DNA of 64,000 nucleotides from Eledone cirrhosa (Eukaryota): NCBI GenBank assembly GCA_964016885.1, contig OZ024742.1, positions 343,852,001 to 343,916,000 of the forward strand, read 5' to 3'. Shown piece by piece: positions 14,595 to 28,302 of this stretch (position 1 is its first letter; each line of letters starts with the position of its first letter). The notes under the pieces were generated by a model. It saw only the letters and a program-made list of their open reading frames with translations, ran no database searches and was not told where the DNA came from. The position numbers and the translations under genes were made by a program.

Positions 14595-15105
14595 AGAGGT
14601 CTGTTGAAAAAGTATTTGCTGGAAAAAAGGACGTATTTGCTGGGGTTCAATTGTCAACTCCCTTAGAAGTAGGTCCTTTGCGCCTCGATACTTGTAGCCC
14701 AGCGATTCTTCCACTGTTCGAAACACGTCTGAAATGCTTCTTCCAGAGGGCTCTCAGTTCCGACGCCGGATCCTCCCGGCGGGAGCCTTTCAGTGGCATC
14801 TTCATTTTTGGGAGCAAACAAATGTCAGAAGGACCGATGACTGGAAAGTAGGGAGCCTGGTGACTGAGCTAAGTACCTTTCTGTACCAAAAGTCTTGGAG
14901 GAGCTGTGACAAACGAGTTGGGCCTTGTTATGATGTAGCTACCAGTTTTTCGATCTCGTCTCAAACACCGAACTGCATCACAAAGGCATCAGAGGACTTA
15001 TTGAGAATATTCTTTTGTAATTGTTTGTCCTTCTGGTGTTTATTCCTGGTGCTTCTGTAGTCGACAAAAAACAGTCAGCGTCACCTTGATTTTGCTTCGC
15101 ACCTG
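14593..15105 (-). mobile_element. Mariner transposase C-terminal remnant with TIR
   Basis: Minus-strand PSDICLLPKMKMPLKG and FQTCFEQWKNRWATSIEAQRTYF match the mariner C-terminus; TIR-like agaggtctgttgaaaaagt next to TA. Confidence 0.8.
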
Positions 15106-15919
15106 ACGGGTGGGGGGTCACCAGGCAGGTGCTTATCTCGGTTTACGTGGCGTGAAACGATTGAGAGAACAAGACGCCTCCCTGGACAGGACGCCAGTCC
15201 ATTGCAGAGTTAAAGTCTGTCTCGAACCCGGAGGGTCATCAGGCCGGTGCTTACCCCGGTTTCTGTGGCGTGAAGCAGCTGTGAGTAAAAGCTTCCTCAC
15301 CGGATATGACGCCAGTTCATCGCAGGGTTAACCCTCCAGCTATTGCTGGTACTCATTGTCAGCTGAGTATGCTGGAGCAATGTGAAATGAAGTGTTTTGC
15401 TTAAGAACACAACACACAACCCAGTCCAGGAATCGAATCCATGATATTATGATCATAAGTCCAACACCATTACCAATAGGCTACGTACCTCCACTTAACA
15501 ACTTCCCTGGTGCATACATTGAAAGTGCTGTTGTCAAGCTAGATAACAGTAATGTTAGTGTGTGGTTCTACAGCTGAGCACCCTGACAATATAATGAAGG
15601 ATAAATTCATATCTAAACTCCATTTCACTTCATTCACTTCACTTCATTTACTCTCTAGCTAACCAAAAGCTAAAATATCACATATTCCAACCTCGACAAT
15701 CCAGTCGATATACAGATGTTTGTTCTTACTCGTCGAAGCCAAAGCAAACAAAAAAAATATTTAGAAATATATTATTTCAACAATGCTATCTTCCTAATTA
15801 AAAGGTACCACAATAAAGGTAAATGAATCGTGAGGGTGTCCTCCTAACACACAGTGTGTCTTGGGCATTTTAAACATAGCGGAGTCTATCCCTCTTCAGG
15901 TCAGAAAGCAGCTGATTTT

Positions 15920-16107
15920 TTACAAGCAAAGAGAACATGAAGGAAACAAGGAATCGACCACAGTATTGAAGTAGTATTTGTCTGTATAGTATGGGCCCGT
16001 AACTCCCGGTAAAGTCATGGGGGCGCCGTACTGGCATACGGTGTTTCTTGGGTTTAAGCCTGGTAAGAGCCCATCTCCTCTCTAAGTCTGAACACACCAG
16101 CTTTATT
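15920..16107 (-). CDS. Candidate exon, paralogous to the 16895-17015 exon, with an apparent 1-nt frameshift
   Basis: Strong acceptor (long pyrimidine tract, ctccag); IKLVCSDLERRW then, in shifted frame, NTVCQYGAPMTLPGVTGP. Confidence 0.4.
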
Positions 16108-16894
16108 CTGGAGAAGGATATAAAGTGAGAGAGAGAAAGTAAGAAAGTCATATTGAAGAAGAATAGACCTCAGTACTAGACTGGTTTATTTTTTATCGAC
16201 TTCGAAAGGATGAAAGGCAAAGTTGACCACGGCGGGATTTTAACTCAGAGAACAGAGAACCGAAACGAATATCGCAAAAGATTCTATCCAACGTTCTAAC
16301 GACTTTACCAAAGGAAGAAAATAAAATGTTGACCTTTGTGGGATTTGAACTCAGCACAGTGAGACGTAACAAATACTGAGATATTTTTTAATCCGATGCC
16401 CCAAACGACTCAACCAATTGGTCGCCTTAGTCTTCGTAAATAATATGTTTAAATATTATAAGACGAATAATCATTGTTTATCTCTCATCTGTCTACATTT
16501 TCTCTAAAACAAACATCATTAACATTCAATACATCATTAACATTCAATACATCAACACCATACATCACAAGAAAACAACCATACACAATTCCTTCAGGGT
16601 AGAATAACTAATTTTAGAAAAACCAATTATCATTTAGTTCCAATAAAATTAAAGAATTTAATTTGATATTGATTTCATGGATGAGTATTAAACCTCACTT
16701 AATGGAAAGGCCAACTACCCATCCATTTGTCTCTCCACCCATCCATTCATTTGTCTCTCCATCTATCCATTTGTCTCTCCATCTATCCATGAATACATTT
16801 ATATCTCCATCCACCGATCCATCCATTTTTCTCTCAATCCAGTCATCTTTCCATCCAGCAAAATGTCCATCCACTTATCCATCCATCCATCCAC

Positions 16895-17015
16895 TCAACC
16901 ATTTATCCAAGGGTCCTGGACTCCTAATGTAGTCATAAGGGCACCGTTCTGACATCGGGTATTTAAACTTCGCTGATCCCATCTATCTCTCTGCAAGTTT
17001 GAGCAGAGTCGATTT
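16895..17015 (-). CDS. Candidate phase-2 exon NRLCSNLQRDRWDQRSLNTRCQNGALMTTLGVQDPWIN(G*)
   Basis: Acceptor tttctttggtag; open frame; differences from the paralogous exon at conserved residues are synonymous. Confidence 0.45.
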
Positions 17016-17031
17016 CTACCAAAGAAATTTA

Positions 17032-17068
<37 letters not shown>

Positions 17069-17069
17069 G

Positions 17070-18025
17070 AAAGGGTGGGGTGGAAATAGTGAAAATCCAG
17101 TTCGGGACTGGTGCTTTATCTATCGACACCGAACAGATGAAAGGTAAAATGGATCATGGCAGGATTTCAACTGAGAAGGGAGCAGATAGCCGGAACAAAT
17201 AACTCAAAGTATTCCATCCGACGTTCAAAAGATTCTCCCAATTTACTGTCTCATGGGGGGTGGGGTGGGGATATAGTTGAGTGTATCAACCACAGTTAAT
17301 TGTATCGACCCCAGTTGAGTGTCTCAATCACAGTTAATTGTATCGACCCATATGTGACTTTAATTACCAGAATGATGAAAAGTAAAATCGACTGTCGCAG
17401 GATTTGAACTCAGATGGTAAAGTATGACACAAGCAAGCAAATTTGGGTGAAGGGTGTGGTTGATTAAATCAATCCCAGTGCTTGACTGGTGTTTTTTTTT
17501 TTGTCACCACCAGAAGTATGGAAGTCAAAATTGATCCTGACGAGATTTGAACTAAAATGAAAGGCCAGCAATTTAGGAGGAGGAGAAAATCGATTGAATC
17601 GAACCAGAGAATTACTGGTATTTTATTTTATCGACTTCGTAAGGATGAAATGCAAAGCTAACCTCGGCGGGATTTAAGATCAGAACGTAAAGGCAGGTAA
17701 CTCTATGCTTCGAAGCATTTTGTCTGACGCTCTACCAATTACTGCCAATCCAACGTCCTTTAATAATTGTTTCTGACTGAGACACAAGGCCAAAATGTTT
17801 CATTTTGTGGGGAGGAGGGAGTCGATTAAATCGGCCCAGTGTGTTACTGGTACATTATTTTATCGACCACATAAGATTGAAAAGCAAAGCTAACATTGGT
17901 GGGATTGGAACTCATGTGTAAAGAGTCGGAAGACATATGCACGTATATAATGGATAATAATAAAGTTAAGTGTAAGAGGTCGCACCAAATAACACAAAGC
18001 ATTACATCTACCAACACACTGCCCT
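17070..18025 (-). mobile_element. Array of degenerate Meta-type SINE copies (also 16150-16430)
   Basis: Repeated tactggta...tatcgac...ggatgaaaggcaaag...ggatttgaactcag. Confidence 0.75.
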
Positions 18026-18048
18026 TAATTTGAAAGTTTCTCACTATT

Positions 18049-18107
18049 TTACCAATATGGTGGCTTCAAATATCTAAATGTTTCACCTGTCAATAAGAGT
18101 TTTTGTT
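18049..18107 (-). CDS. Candidate small exon (x)QKLLLTGETFRYLKPPY(W*)
   Basis: Acceptor cctttacttcttgctacag; possible donor TG|gtaaaa; unique sequence between SINEs. Confidence 0.25.
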
Positions 18108-19105
18108 CTGTAGCAAGAAGTAAAGGAATGGAATACATTTCCATGGCTTTCAACGAGGAATCTTCCAGTTGTCCGATCAATGGTATAACTTGTTCATGAA
18201 ATTAGCGTGTAAATAGCTGAACATTCCAGAGATATGAGTACCTCTAGAGTAATTCTCAGGAAGATTCAGTGTGACATAGTGTGGGACAAGGTTGGTTCTT
18301 TGAATTATAGCTACAGTTCAGACGATGGCTTTCTAAACAGTCCCGTCGCTTTGATTTTCCTGGTATGGCTTGGGATGACCCAGGTTATGGTCAATGACAC
18401 TTGCCAAATATGCAACGCAGCGGAATTGAACCCAGTATCTAATGATTACGAAACGAATTCCTTAACCATTGGGCTTTACTGATCTGAACATAAAGTCTAA
18501 AAATCTAAAGTCTTTCTCCAGCACAGAGACTCACCAGGCCAGTGGTTATCCCAGTTTCCGTGGTGTGAAACCACTGAGAGTACAAGACTACCCCCTGGAT
18601 AGGACGCCAGTCCATTGCAGGGTTAGACCTCCAGTTATTGCTTGTACTCATTTTCAGCTGAGTACATTGGAGCAACGTGAAATGAAGTGGTTTGTTCAAG
18701 AACACAACACATAACCCAGTCAAGGAATCGAACCTACGACGTTATGAACGTATGTCCAACGACCTTACCACTGGGCCACAATCATAGTATCAGGAATTAC
18801 ATCTCACAAAAAAAAATAAGTTACAAATTTTAAGGCTACGGGGTAGGAGGAAATTGATCAAATCGACCTCAGTATTCGACTGGTATGATATTTTATTGTC
18901 TTCCGATTGGTGAATTGCAAAGTCGTCTTCGGCGTGATTTGAAATCAAAACATATTTATTTATTAATTAATTAATCTATTCAATTTAAACGTCCGTATAG
19001 AGCTATTAAGCCACTGCAGATTAGTGAAGGTATCTCGTACCTCTTACAGTTAAGAAAGAATATATATATATATATATACATTTTTTTTTTTCGGTAGAAA
19101 TCATC

Positions 19106-19151
19106 ACGCTTCCCGATGATTTCTACCGAATGAAACTGCTATATCAAGCGT
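19106..19151 (+). ncRNA. Degenerate hammerhead motif with short fold-back (19091-19129)
   Basis: ACGCTT c CCGATGA tTTCtaccGAAt GAAAC tgctata TC AAGCGT; stem III disrupted. Confidence 0.4.
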
Positions 19152-19202
19152 TAACCTAATATAGCCCTTCCATATACTGTAGTGTTGTTATTTCTGTTTA
19201 CC

Positions 19203-20583
<1,381 letters not shown>

Positions 20584-20836
20584 GAGTGAAAGTCTACAGG
20601 AGGCAAAAGGAGCATAAATGAGATTAAAAAAGGTGAAAAACCAAAGATGAGAAAATTATTTCACCCTGCGTTCTACCTATCTTTGTTCGGTACAGTATTT
20701 AGGTTTATTTGGCATTCCACCCGGACTGGCATCCGGCCTTTTATGCTAGCTCTTCATAGTCTCAACATATATATATTATGGTAACTGTTCAGTCATTTTA
20801 CCCATTTGTATACACACACACACATATATATGTTTA

Positions 20837-20961
<125 letters not shown>

Positions 20962-21125
20962 GGAAGTTTGTTGTGACAACCACGTATCTACACTCCTGAG
21001 TTCTCCAGTGCCAAGGGACCCATCTAGGGAGCTGCTAATCTGAGGATTCTTTACGGACACGTAACGCTCTTATTTTATTTTTATTTTTACTTTATATATA
21101 TTAATAATTTCATTATCTTATCTCA

Positions 21126-21250
21126 AGTTCCGAGGATCTGCTCCATAATATTGTTTTATGTTACTTATCTTTCTCTGCACTAAATCAATAACGATCTTAC
21201 CATCGATTGATCCAGAAATATTATATGGAGTAGTGAAACAATTGTAAACT
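21126..21250 (+). ncRNA. Variant type I hammerhead (CCGAGGA core, long stem II)
   Basis: AGTT-CCGAGGA-tCTGCTCCATA...TATGGAGTAGt-GAA-AC AATT GT-A-AACT. Confidence 0.7.
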
Positions 21251-21351
21251 GACATTCTTATCCTCTCTTTTTTATATTAAACCGCACTTAATGTTGATAC
21301 TCTTTGACTAATGTTTTCTATGTGAGTTTGTGGTCTTGATTTGCTTAATTA

Positions 21352-21420
<69 letters not shown>

Positions 21421-21480
21421 ATATAGAAAAGCGCTTCTACAGGACTAGAACTTTTTCATTCATGCGAAATCACCAGAAGG

Positions 21481-21529
21481 GCTTCCTGATGATTTTGCAT
21501 GAATGAAACAGTTCTAGTCCTGTAGAAGT
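21481..21529 (+). ncRNA. Type I hammerhead, family A (degenerate mirror copy at 21433-21480 -)
   Basis: GCTTC-CTGATGA-tTTTgcatGAAt-GAA-ACAG ttctagtc CTGT-A-GAAGT; stem I covaries with the 8380 and 55231 copies. Confidence 0.8.
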
Positions 21530-21605
21530 GTTTCTATATTAAACATTTATGCTCTGCTATGTATTGAGTACCTTACTTACTGTGGTTATCTCCGATTGAA
21601 CCCGG

Positions 21606-21642
<37 letters not shown>

Positions 21643-21646
<4 letters not shown>

Positions 21647-22433
21647 TTAGTTAAGCAAAACAAGACCGCAAATTTCACAAGGAGGACATTATTAAAAGAT
21701 TGTCAACATATTTTAGTTTGATGTAAGGAATGTAGAGAATAATATTAATAATAATAATGTCCGTTTACAATTGTTTCGCTACTCCATATAATATTTCTGG
21801 ATCAGATGACTATATATCATTATTGATCTGGTTCAGTTGAACATAATTAACATATTTAAAAATAGAGCGGCTCATCGGAACTTCAAACGAATATAAATTA
21901 AAATAAGGAGAGATTGTTACATAATGTAATGTTCCATATATTGGTATTTCACTATCGTGTCCTGGTTGTATCAGTTGTCAGCCATAATCAAGCAGTATTC
22001 AACTGTCGAGGCTGCATTGTGTGAGATCTGCCTATGTGTAGATCTACCCATAGGCAGATCTCACACAACGAAGCCTCGATAGATGAATACTGCTTGATTA
22101 TGGCTGACAACTGATACAACCAGGACACGATAGTGAAATACCAATATATGGAACATTACATTATGTAACAATCTCTCCTTATTGTAATTTATATTCGTTT
22201 GAAGTTCCGATGAGCCGCTCTGTTTTTAAATATGTTAATTATTTTCAACTGTACCAGATCAATAATGATATATAGTCATCTGATCCAGAAATATTATATG
22301 GAGTAGCGAAACAATTGTAAACGGACATTATTATTATTAATATTATTATTATTCTCTACATTCCTTACATCAAACTAAAATATGTTGACAATCCTTGTGA
22401 AATTTGTGGCCTTGTTTTGCTTAACTAATGAAT
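21643..22433. mobile_element. About 790-bp near-perfect palindrome (PLE pLTR fold-back) with a hammerhead in each arm (21763-21881 -, 22204-22322 +)
   Basis: Arms read as reverse complements about TAGATCTA (22039-22046); GTT-CCGATGA-GCCGCTC...GAGTAGC-GAA-ACAATTGT-A-AAC. Confidence 0.85.
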
Positions 22434-22602
22434 ATTTCCAGCTCTGCGCGCCTATCGTCTGCATGAACCCAGCCACCTAGCTTGCCTTCCACTGCATATT
22501 GCACATGCCTTTACGCTTTGACTTCTAACTAATTCACCAATCTCTCCTCCCCTATCTCCTCTCCTATCTCCATCTCTCTCTTTAAGATTGGTTACTCTTG
22601 AA

Positions 22603-22678
<76 letters not shown>

Positions 22679-22755
22679 GTATATATATATACATAATTAC
22701 AACAGTAACATAAACAGGTATTCAAGTTTCGTTGTGTTAGGGGCCACACTTCCTT

Positions 22756-22803
22756 CAGGCTGAAGGAGTTGGGGCCCAGAACACAACTAAACTTGAGTAC
22801 CTG
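22756..22803 (+). ncRNA. Hammerhead motif (CTGAAGGA core) in a fold-back at about 22697-22822
   Basis: CAGG-CTGAAGGA-GTTG(G)G..CACAAC-(T)AA-AC ttga GT-A-CCTG; the mirror arm retains GAAAC. Confidence 0.55.
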
Positions 22804-22878
22804 TTTATGTCACTGTTGTAATAAATCATACTAAACTCGTCCTAAGGACTGAGTGCTCTTACTCTTGCATATTTCCAC

Positions 22879-22940
<62 letters not shown>

Positions 22941-23509
22941 CATATCTAATGGGGAGAGCTTGTGAAGGTTGTGTGACAACCTCATAGTTACACTCCTCCA
23001 TAACTTAACCAGGGATTTAATGCGTTCAATACAGAGGGAACGGTCAGATTTTACAAACTTTGTAACATTTCTGAGTTGGCACATTTATACTTCTACTGTA
23101 GCCTCCTCGAGTTGACCAATGCTTTGTGGACGGAATTTGGTAAAAACGGACGTGCAGAAGCCTGTCGTACACACTCACACTCACACACATACACACACAC
23201 ATACACATACACACACATACACACATACACCCAAACATACACACCCACTCACCCACCCACACATACCCACACACATACACGCACATACACACATACACTC
23301 ACATACCCACACCCACACCCACCCACACACATACACACACATACACACACATACACACACATACACACACATACACACATACACACACATACACACACAT
23401 GCACACACATACACACACACATACACACACACATACACACACATGCACACACACATACACACACATACACACATACACACTCACATATAAATAAACACAC
23501 GTATATATG

Positions 23510-23544
<35 letters not shown>

Positions 23545-23865
23545 GTATATATGTATGCATGCATAGGTATGTATGTATGTGTGAGCTTACGCGTGTGCAT
23601 GCGTTTTTGTGTATGTCTGAATCTGAATGTGTGTCTCATGACATAGTAGTTCGACAAAAAACGATCAATAAAATAAGTACGAAACTTGAAACAATATGTG
23701 CCTGTTGTCGACGAAACTGACTAAACCAAGCTGGTGCCCCAACATGGCCGCAGTCTAATGGCTGAAACCAGTAACAGTAAAAAATAATATAATGCCCTAG
23801 CATGGCCTCAGCCGGATGGCTGGAACAGGTAAAAGAGTAAAAGAGTAAAAGAGTAATGGCTTTAC

Positions 23866-23967
23866 TGGTTGACCACAATGGTTTACTGTCAAATTGTAGC
23901 AATTTAGAGAGAAATGGACAGGAGAAAGTGGTAGTGAGAATTGTGTCAGTGGAACATACAGTGTTGT
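23866..23967 (-). CDS. Candidate internal exon of the secreted-protein gene (frame uncertain)
   Basis: Strong acceptor tgcttgttttcgttctgtctcag; open in phase 0 (TTLYVPLTQFSLPLSPVHFSLNCYNLTVNHCGQP) and phase 1 (NTVCSTDTILTTTFSCPFLSKLLQFD); gtaaac/gtaaag donors. Confidence 0.3.
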
Positions 23968-24544
23968 CTGAGACAGAACGAAAACAAGCACTTCATGAAA
24001 TTATTAAACCAATGTTAGCAATATCATGGCTGCAGGTTTACAATCATATAACAAGTTGCGAATGTGTTACCAACAAACATGGTTGCGAATGACATATTGC
24101 AAACAACGTGTTACGAATGCCACATTGCGAACGAAGTGTTACGGATCGGACCACGTGTAGCGAATAACCTGATTGAGGGATAACATGTAGCGATAACATG
24201 TTAAGAATATACATGTTGGGAATAACTTGTTGAGAATAATAAGTTGTGAATGACATGTTGCGAATGACATGTTGCGAATGACATGTTGCGAATGTAGAAT
24301 CAATCAACAAGATAAAATAAGAGGCAAAGCTACAAAACACAATAAATAAATACATAAAATAGATAAATAAAACAAACAACGCAAAAACACACTGTTGCTT
24401 ATTACTTATGATTAATGAAAATTATACACACAAACACACACACATACATATAATACATACACACATATATTTATATAATGCGTATATATATTTGTGTGTA
24501 ATATAACAAATATACATATCATATATATATATCATATATATATC

Positions 24545-24637
<93 letters not shown>

Positions 24638-24942
24638 TATATATATAATATAAGGCAGCAGATTGCATGATGTAGAAGGCAGAAGAATGGGCCCCATGCT
24701 GGTCATGGAACTGGAAAGACAAGATATCGTAGAAGACACGATTTAACCAACTATGTTGACATCAACGTCTCCTGGTCAAACAATGTATGGCTTCTTCAAG
24801 ATTTAATTTACATGATGTATATCATGTTATATGTGTTAGATAATAACTTATGTGTATTATATATATGTATGTGCATATGAGTCTCTCTCTCTCTATATAT
24901 ATGTATGTATGTAATACATATTATATATATATATATATATAT

Positions 24943-25249
24943 AACGAAGGAAATGTGGTAAGGAACCAGGTGGACCATAACGCACCAAAGTACTCAATAC
25001 TTGAGGTAGTAGAGTGGGTAATAGGAACCAGTAAGACCCCGACAGCTGAGCTCAAGCCGTTTCGACGGCTAATTCAGTCCAGAATTAGCCGTCGAAACGG
25101 CTTGAGCTCAGCTGTCGGGGTCTTACTGGTTCCTATATATATATATATATATATTTCGTTTCTGAATTTGTTTGGCAAGATTCTAATTGGCAACATGACC
25201 CTCCCAAAGCATAACAATATATATATATATATACATATATGTATGTATC

Positions 25250-25335
<86 letters not shown>

Positions 25336-25425
25336 CGAAGGAAATGTGGTAAGGAACCAGGTGGACCATAACGCACCAAAGTACTCAATACTTGAGGTAG
25401 TGTCGGGGTCTTACTGGTTCCTATA
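24943..25425. mobile_element. Two PLE-like pLTR remnants; palindrome 25021-25134 contains the 3' half of a hammerhead
   Basis: 24943-25008 duplicated at 25334-25400; GACGGCTAATTC-loop-GAATTAGCCGTC-GAA-ACGGCT tgagctc AGCTGT-C. Confidence 0.6.
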
Positions 25426-25701
25426 TATATATATAGACTCATATGCACATACAAATATTTTTCTGATATAGGCACAAGGCCATCTTTTTGGGAAAGGGGA
25501 AAGTCGATTAAATCGACCCCAGTGCGTTACTGGTACTTTATTTTATCAACCCCGTAAGGATGAAAGGCAAGGCTAACCTTGGTGGGATTTGAACTTAGAA
25601 CGTAAAGGGACATAACTATATGCATCAAAGCATGTTGTCCGACGCTCAACCGATACTACCTTATGCATGTATATAATGAATAATAAGTTAAGTTTACTTA
25701 C

Positions 25702-25767
25702 TGCACTGGCCAATAGCATCTGGAAGCAGATAGTGATGGCAACACATGACAAGTATTTTCGGTTCAT
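25702..25767 (-). CDS. First coding exon of a probable secreted protein: signal peptide MNRKYLSCVAITICFQMLLASA
   Basis: A-rich ATG context (caaaATG), basic n-region, hydrophobic h-region, A-S-A cleavage motif, then consensus donor GTAAGT (phase 0); unique sequence. Confidence 0.62.
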
Positions 25768-26007
25768 TTTGTAGTTTGTTTATGTGTTTGTTTTTCTCTT
25801 CAGCCCTTCTTCAAAAGTTTTCTCAGAAAATAGTTCTTCTTCGTTGACTATGTTAAAATCGTCTGCTTCCTTGTGTCGTCTGCTAAGTCTTGTCGTCAAC
25901 CACCTCTTGCGATTGGCCTTCTTCTTTTGAAATATATATTTATATTTCTCTTGTTTTGTATTGTTTTGAAGAAAAGTAGCAGTGTTAGGAATTGCTTAGC
26001 AGAATGT

Positions 26008-26100
26008 ATGATTATATAGGAAACATTGTTTTGCCAGCTTCTTATATTGTTAGCTAAGGCAGGGCTTCATGATGTCACGAGAACAAATACATCCAATCAG
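26008..26100 (-). promoter_or_regulatory. Putative core promoter: CCAAT box (26093-26097), CRE-like TGACATCA (26070-26077), TATA-like CCTATATAAT (26011-26020)
   Basis: Motif order and spacing, about 250 bp upstream of the signal-peptide ATG. Confidence 0.4.
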
Positions 26101-26393
26101 AAAACGATATTGATTTCCGGCCGATGGTGATGGTGATGGAGGACATGATTGCTATTAAAATACATACACATATACATACACATACTCGTACACGGTCGTA
26201 CACTCATACACACTACGCACACGTGCCTCACACACAGGTATAGACACACATTCCTCGAACCCCACATATTCTCTCTGCCTGTCTGTTTCCCCCTCTCTCT
26301 CTCTCACACATGTTCTCTGCCAGAGCTTGGAAGCCTAAGATGGCCGCCCACATGCACAAACATATACACATACACAGCATGAACAAACACACC

Positions 26394-26486
<93 letters not shown>

Positions 26487-27216
26487 ATACATTACATTCA
26501 AAGTCTCTACAAGCATCCACACGCATCCACACTCACACAGGCATAACTCCATACTAACATGCATATACGCACACGCAGAAAAGCAGATACACAATAAGCA
26601 CAGGAAGGCGCACACACACGTACACTAACGCACAATTACAGACACACACACACAAGCACACATTGTCACACACACACACTAACGCATACATATGTACACT
26701 AACGTATACATACTTGCACACACACATAGATGGATCACCCACACGTAAGTACACACATACTATGACGTATAAATCACATGTATACACACACGTGTGTACA
26801 CGTGTACACATAATTATATAAATCTATACAGATATCAAGGTTAATTGGCAGAGTTGTTAGAAAGTTGGATAGAAAGCCTTGCAGTACTCGTTCCGGATCA
26901 CTTTGATCTGAGTTCAAATCCTACAGAGGTCCACGTTGTCTCTCATCATAGTAGTCTACCTCAGCACTGTACGCAATCATTATTATTATTATTTTTATTT
27001 TGAGGTCGATAAAAAAGTAGCTCTCTAGTTCTGGGGTCCCCATCTCTCTCTCCATTTCTCTCCTATCTCTCTCACTCTCCTATATCTCTCTCTCACTCTC
27101 GCTCTACCCCTTTCTTTTCTCTCTCTCTCTCTCTCTCTCCTCTTGGAGAAATAGCCTGTTATCAGACGTGGAGAGGTGCTGGTCCCCGCCAAGTTTGACA
27201 ACTGCCCCCAAAACCG

Positions 27217-27787
27217 CTGTCACTCCAGTTTCCATACAACATCATCAAGATATACAAGTCCCCGTCACTCCAGTTTCCCTACAACATCATCAAGATATAC
27301 AAGTCCCCGTCACTCCAGTTCCCCTACATCCTCAAGATATACAAGTCCTCGTCACTCCAGTTTCCATACAAGATCATCAAGATATACAAGTCCCCGTCAC
27401 TCCAGTTTCCCTACAACATCATCAAGATATACAAGTCCCCGTCACTCCAGTTCCCCTACAACATCCTCAAGATATACAAGTCCCCGTCACTCCAGTTCCC
27501 CTACAACATCATCAAGATATACAAGTCCCCGTCACTCCAGTTTCCCTACAACATCATCAAAATATACAAGTCCCCGTCACTCCAGTTTCCCTACATCATC
27601 AAGATATACAAGTCCCCCTCACTCCAGTTTCCCTACATCATCAAAATATACAAGTCCCCGTCACTCCAGTTTCCCTACATCATCAAGATATACAAGTCCC
27701 CCTCACTCCAGTTTCCCTACATCATCAAGATATACAAGTCCCCGTCACTCCAGTTCCCCTACAACATCATCAAGATATACAAGTCCT
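27217..27787. repeat. 36/39-bp minisatellite, about 15 copies
   Basis: Unit gtcactccagtttccctac(aac)atcatcaagatatacaagtcccc. Confidence 0.95.
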
Positions 27788-27919
27788 TATATAACAATGT
27801 ACGCAGACACATTTACACACACTTTCTCTTGCAGAATATTTCAAATGTTGCATATGTACACATCGCCTGCATTACAAATGTTCGGAACTCACCGTATTTT
27901 AATTAATTATCTATTTAAT

Positions 27920-28302
27920 CTATCCCTTCTTTAGGTTCCACTTTAGAAGGAGAATCAGAGTGGAGAGAGAGGCACTGCACCCCAGTAAATTTACTGAAAG
28001 GTGGGTGAATGTAGCAAAAATGGCCCGAGTGATTGGGCCTTCTCTGTATATAAACCTGTAGGTTGAGGAAGAGAGCAAAAGGAAGAAAGGAGCACTTGCA
28101 CAACACGCTCCTGGAGTTGAGGGTTGTTCTATTGACGGGGTATTAAACAACCCATTTGTAACGCCTCCCCCCTATTGGGGATTTCGATTGTTAAATTTGT
28201 TTGTTTTAATAATATTTTTACACGACTGTATGTAAAATCCCCGGTATGTGTCTTTGTATTGTCCCCTTTTCTTGTGCGCCCTTGTGGCAAATAAAGAAAT
28301 AT
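27920..28302 (+). mobile_element. 5'-truncated Tx1 3' end
   Basis: RFHFRRRIRVEREALHPSKFTERWVNVAKMARVIGPSLYINL* matches 5112-5241; ends ggcaaataaagaaata followed by TATAT. Confidence 0.85.

Noticed and set aside
27217-27787. CRISPR-like periodicity (also 39760-41390, 41722-42412, 55860-56515)
   Set aside because: No unique spacers and no cas genes; plain eukaryotic minisatellites
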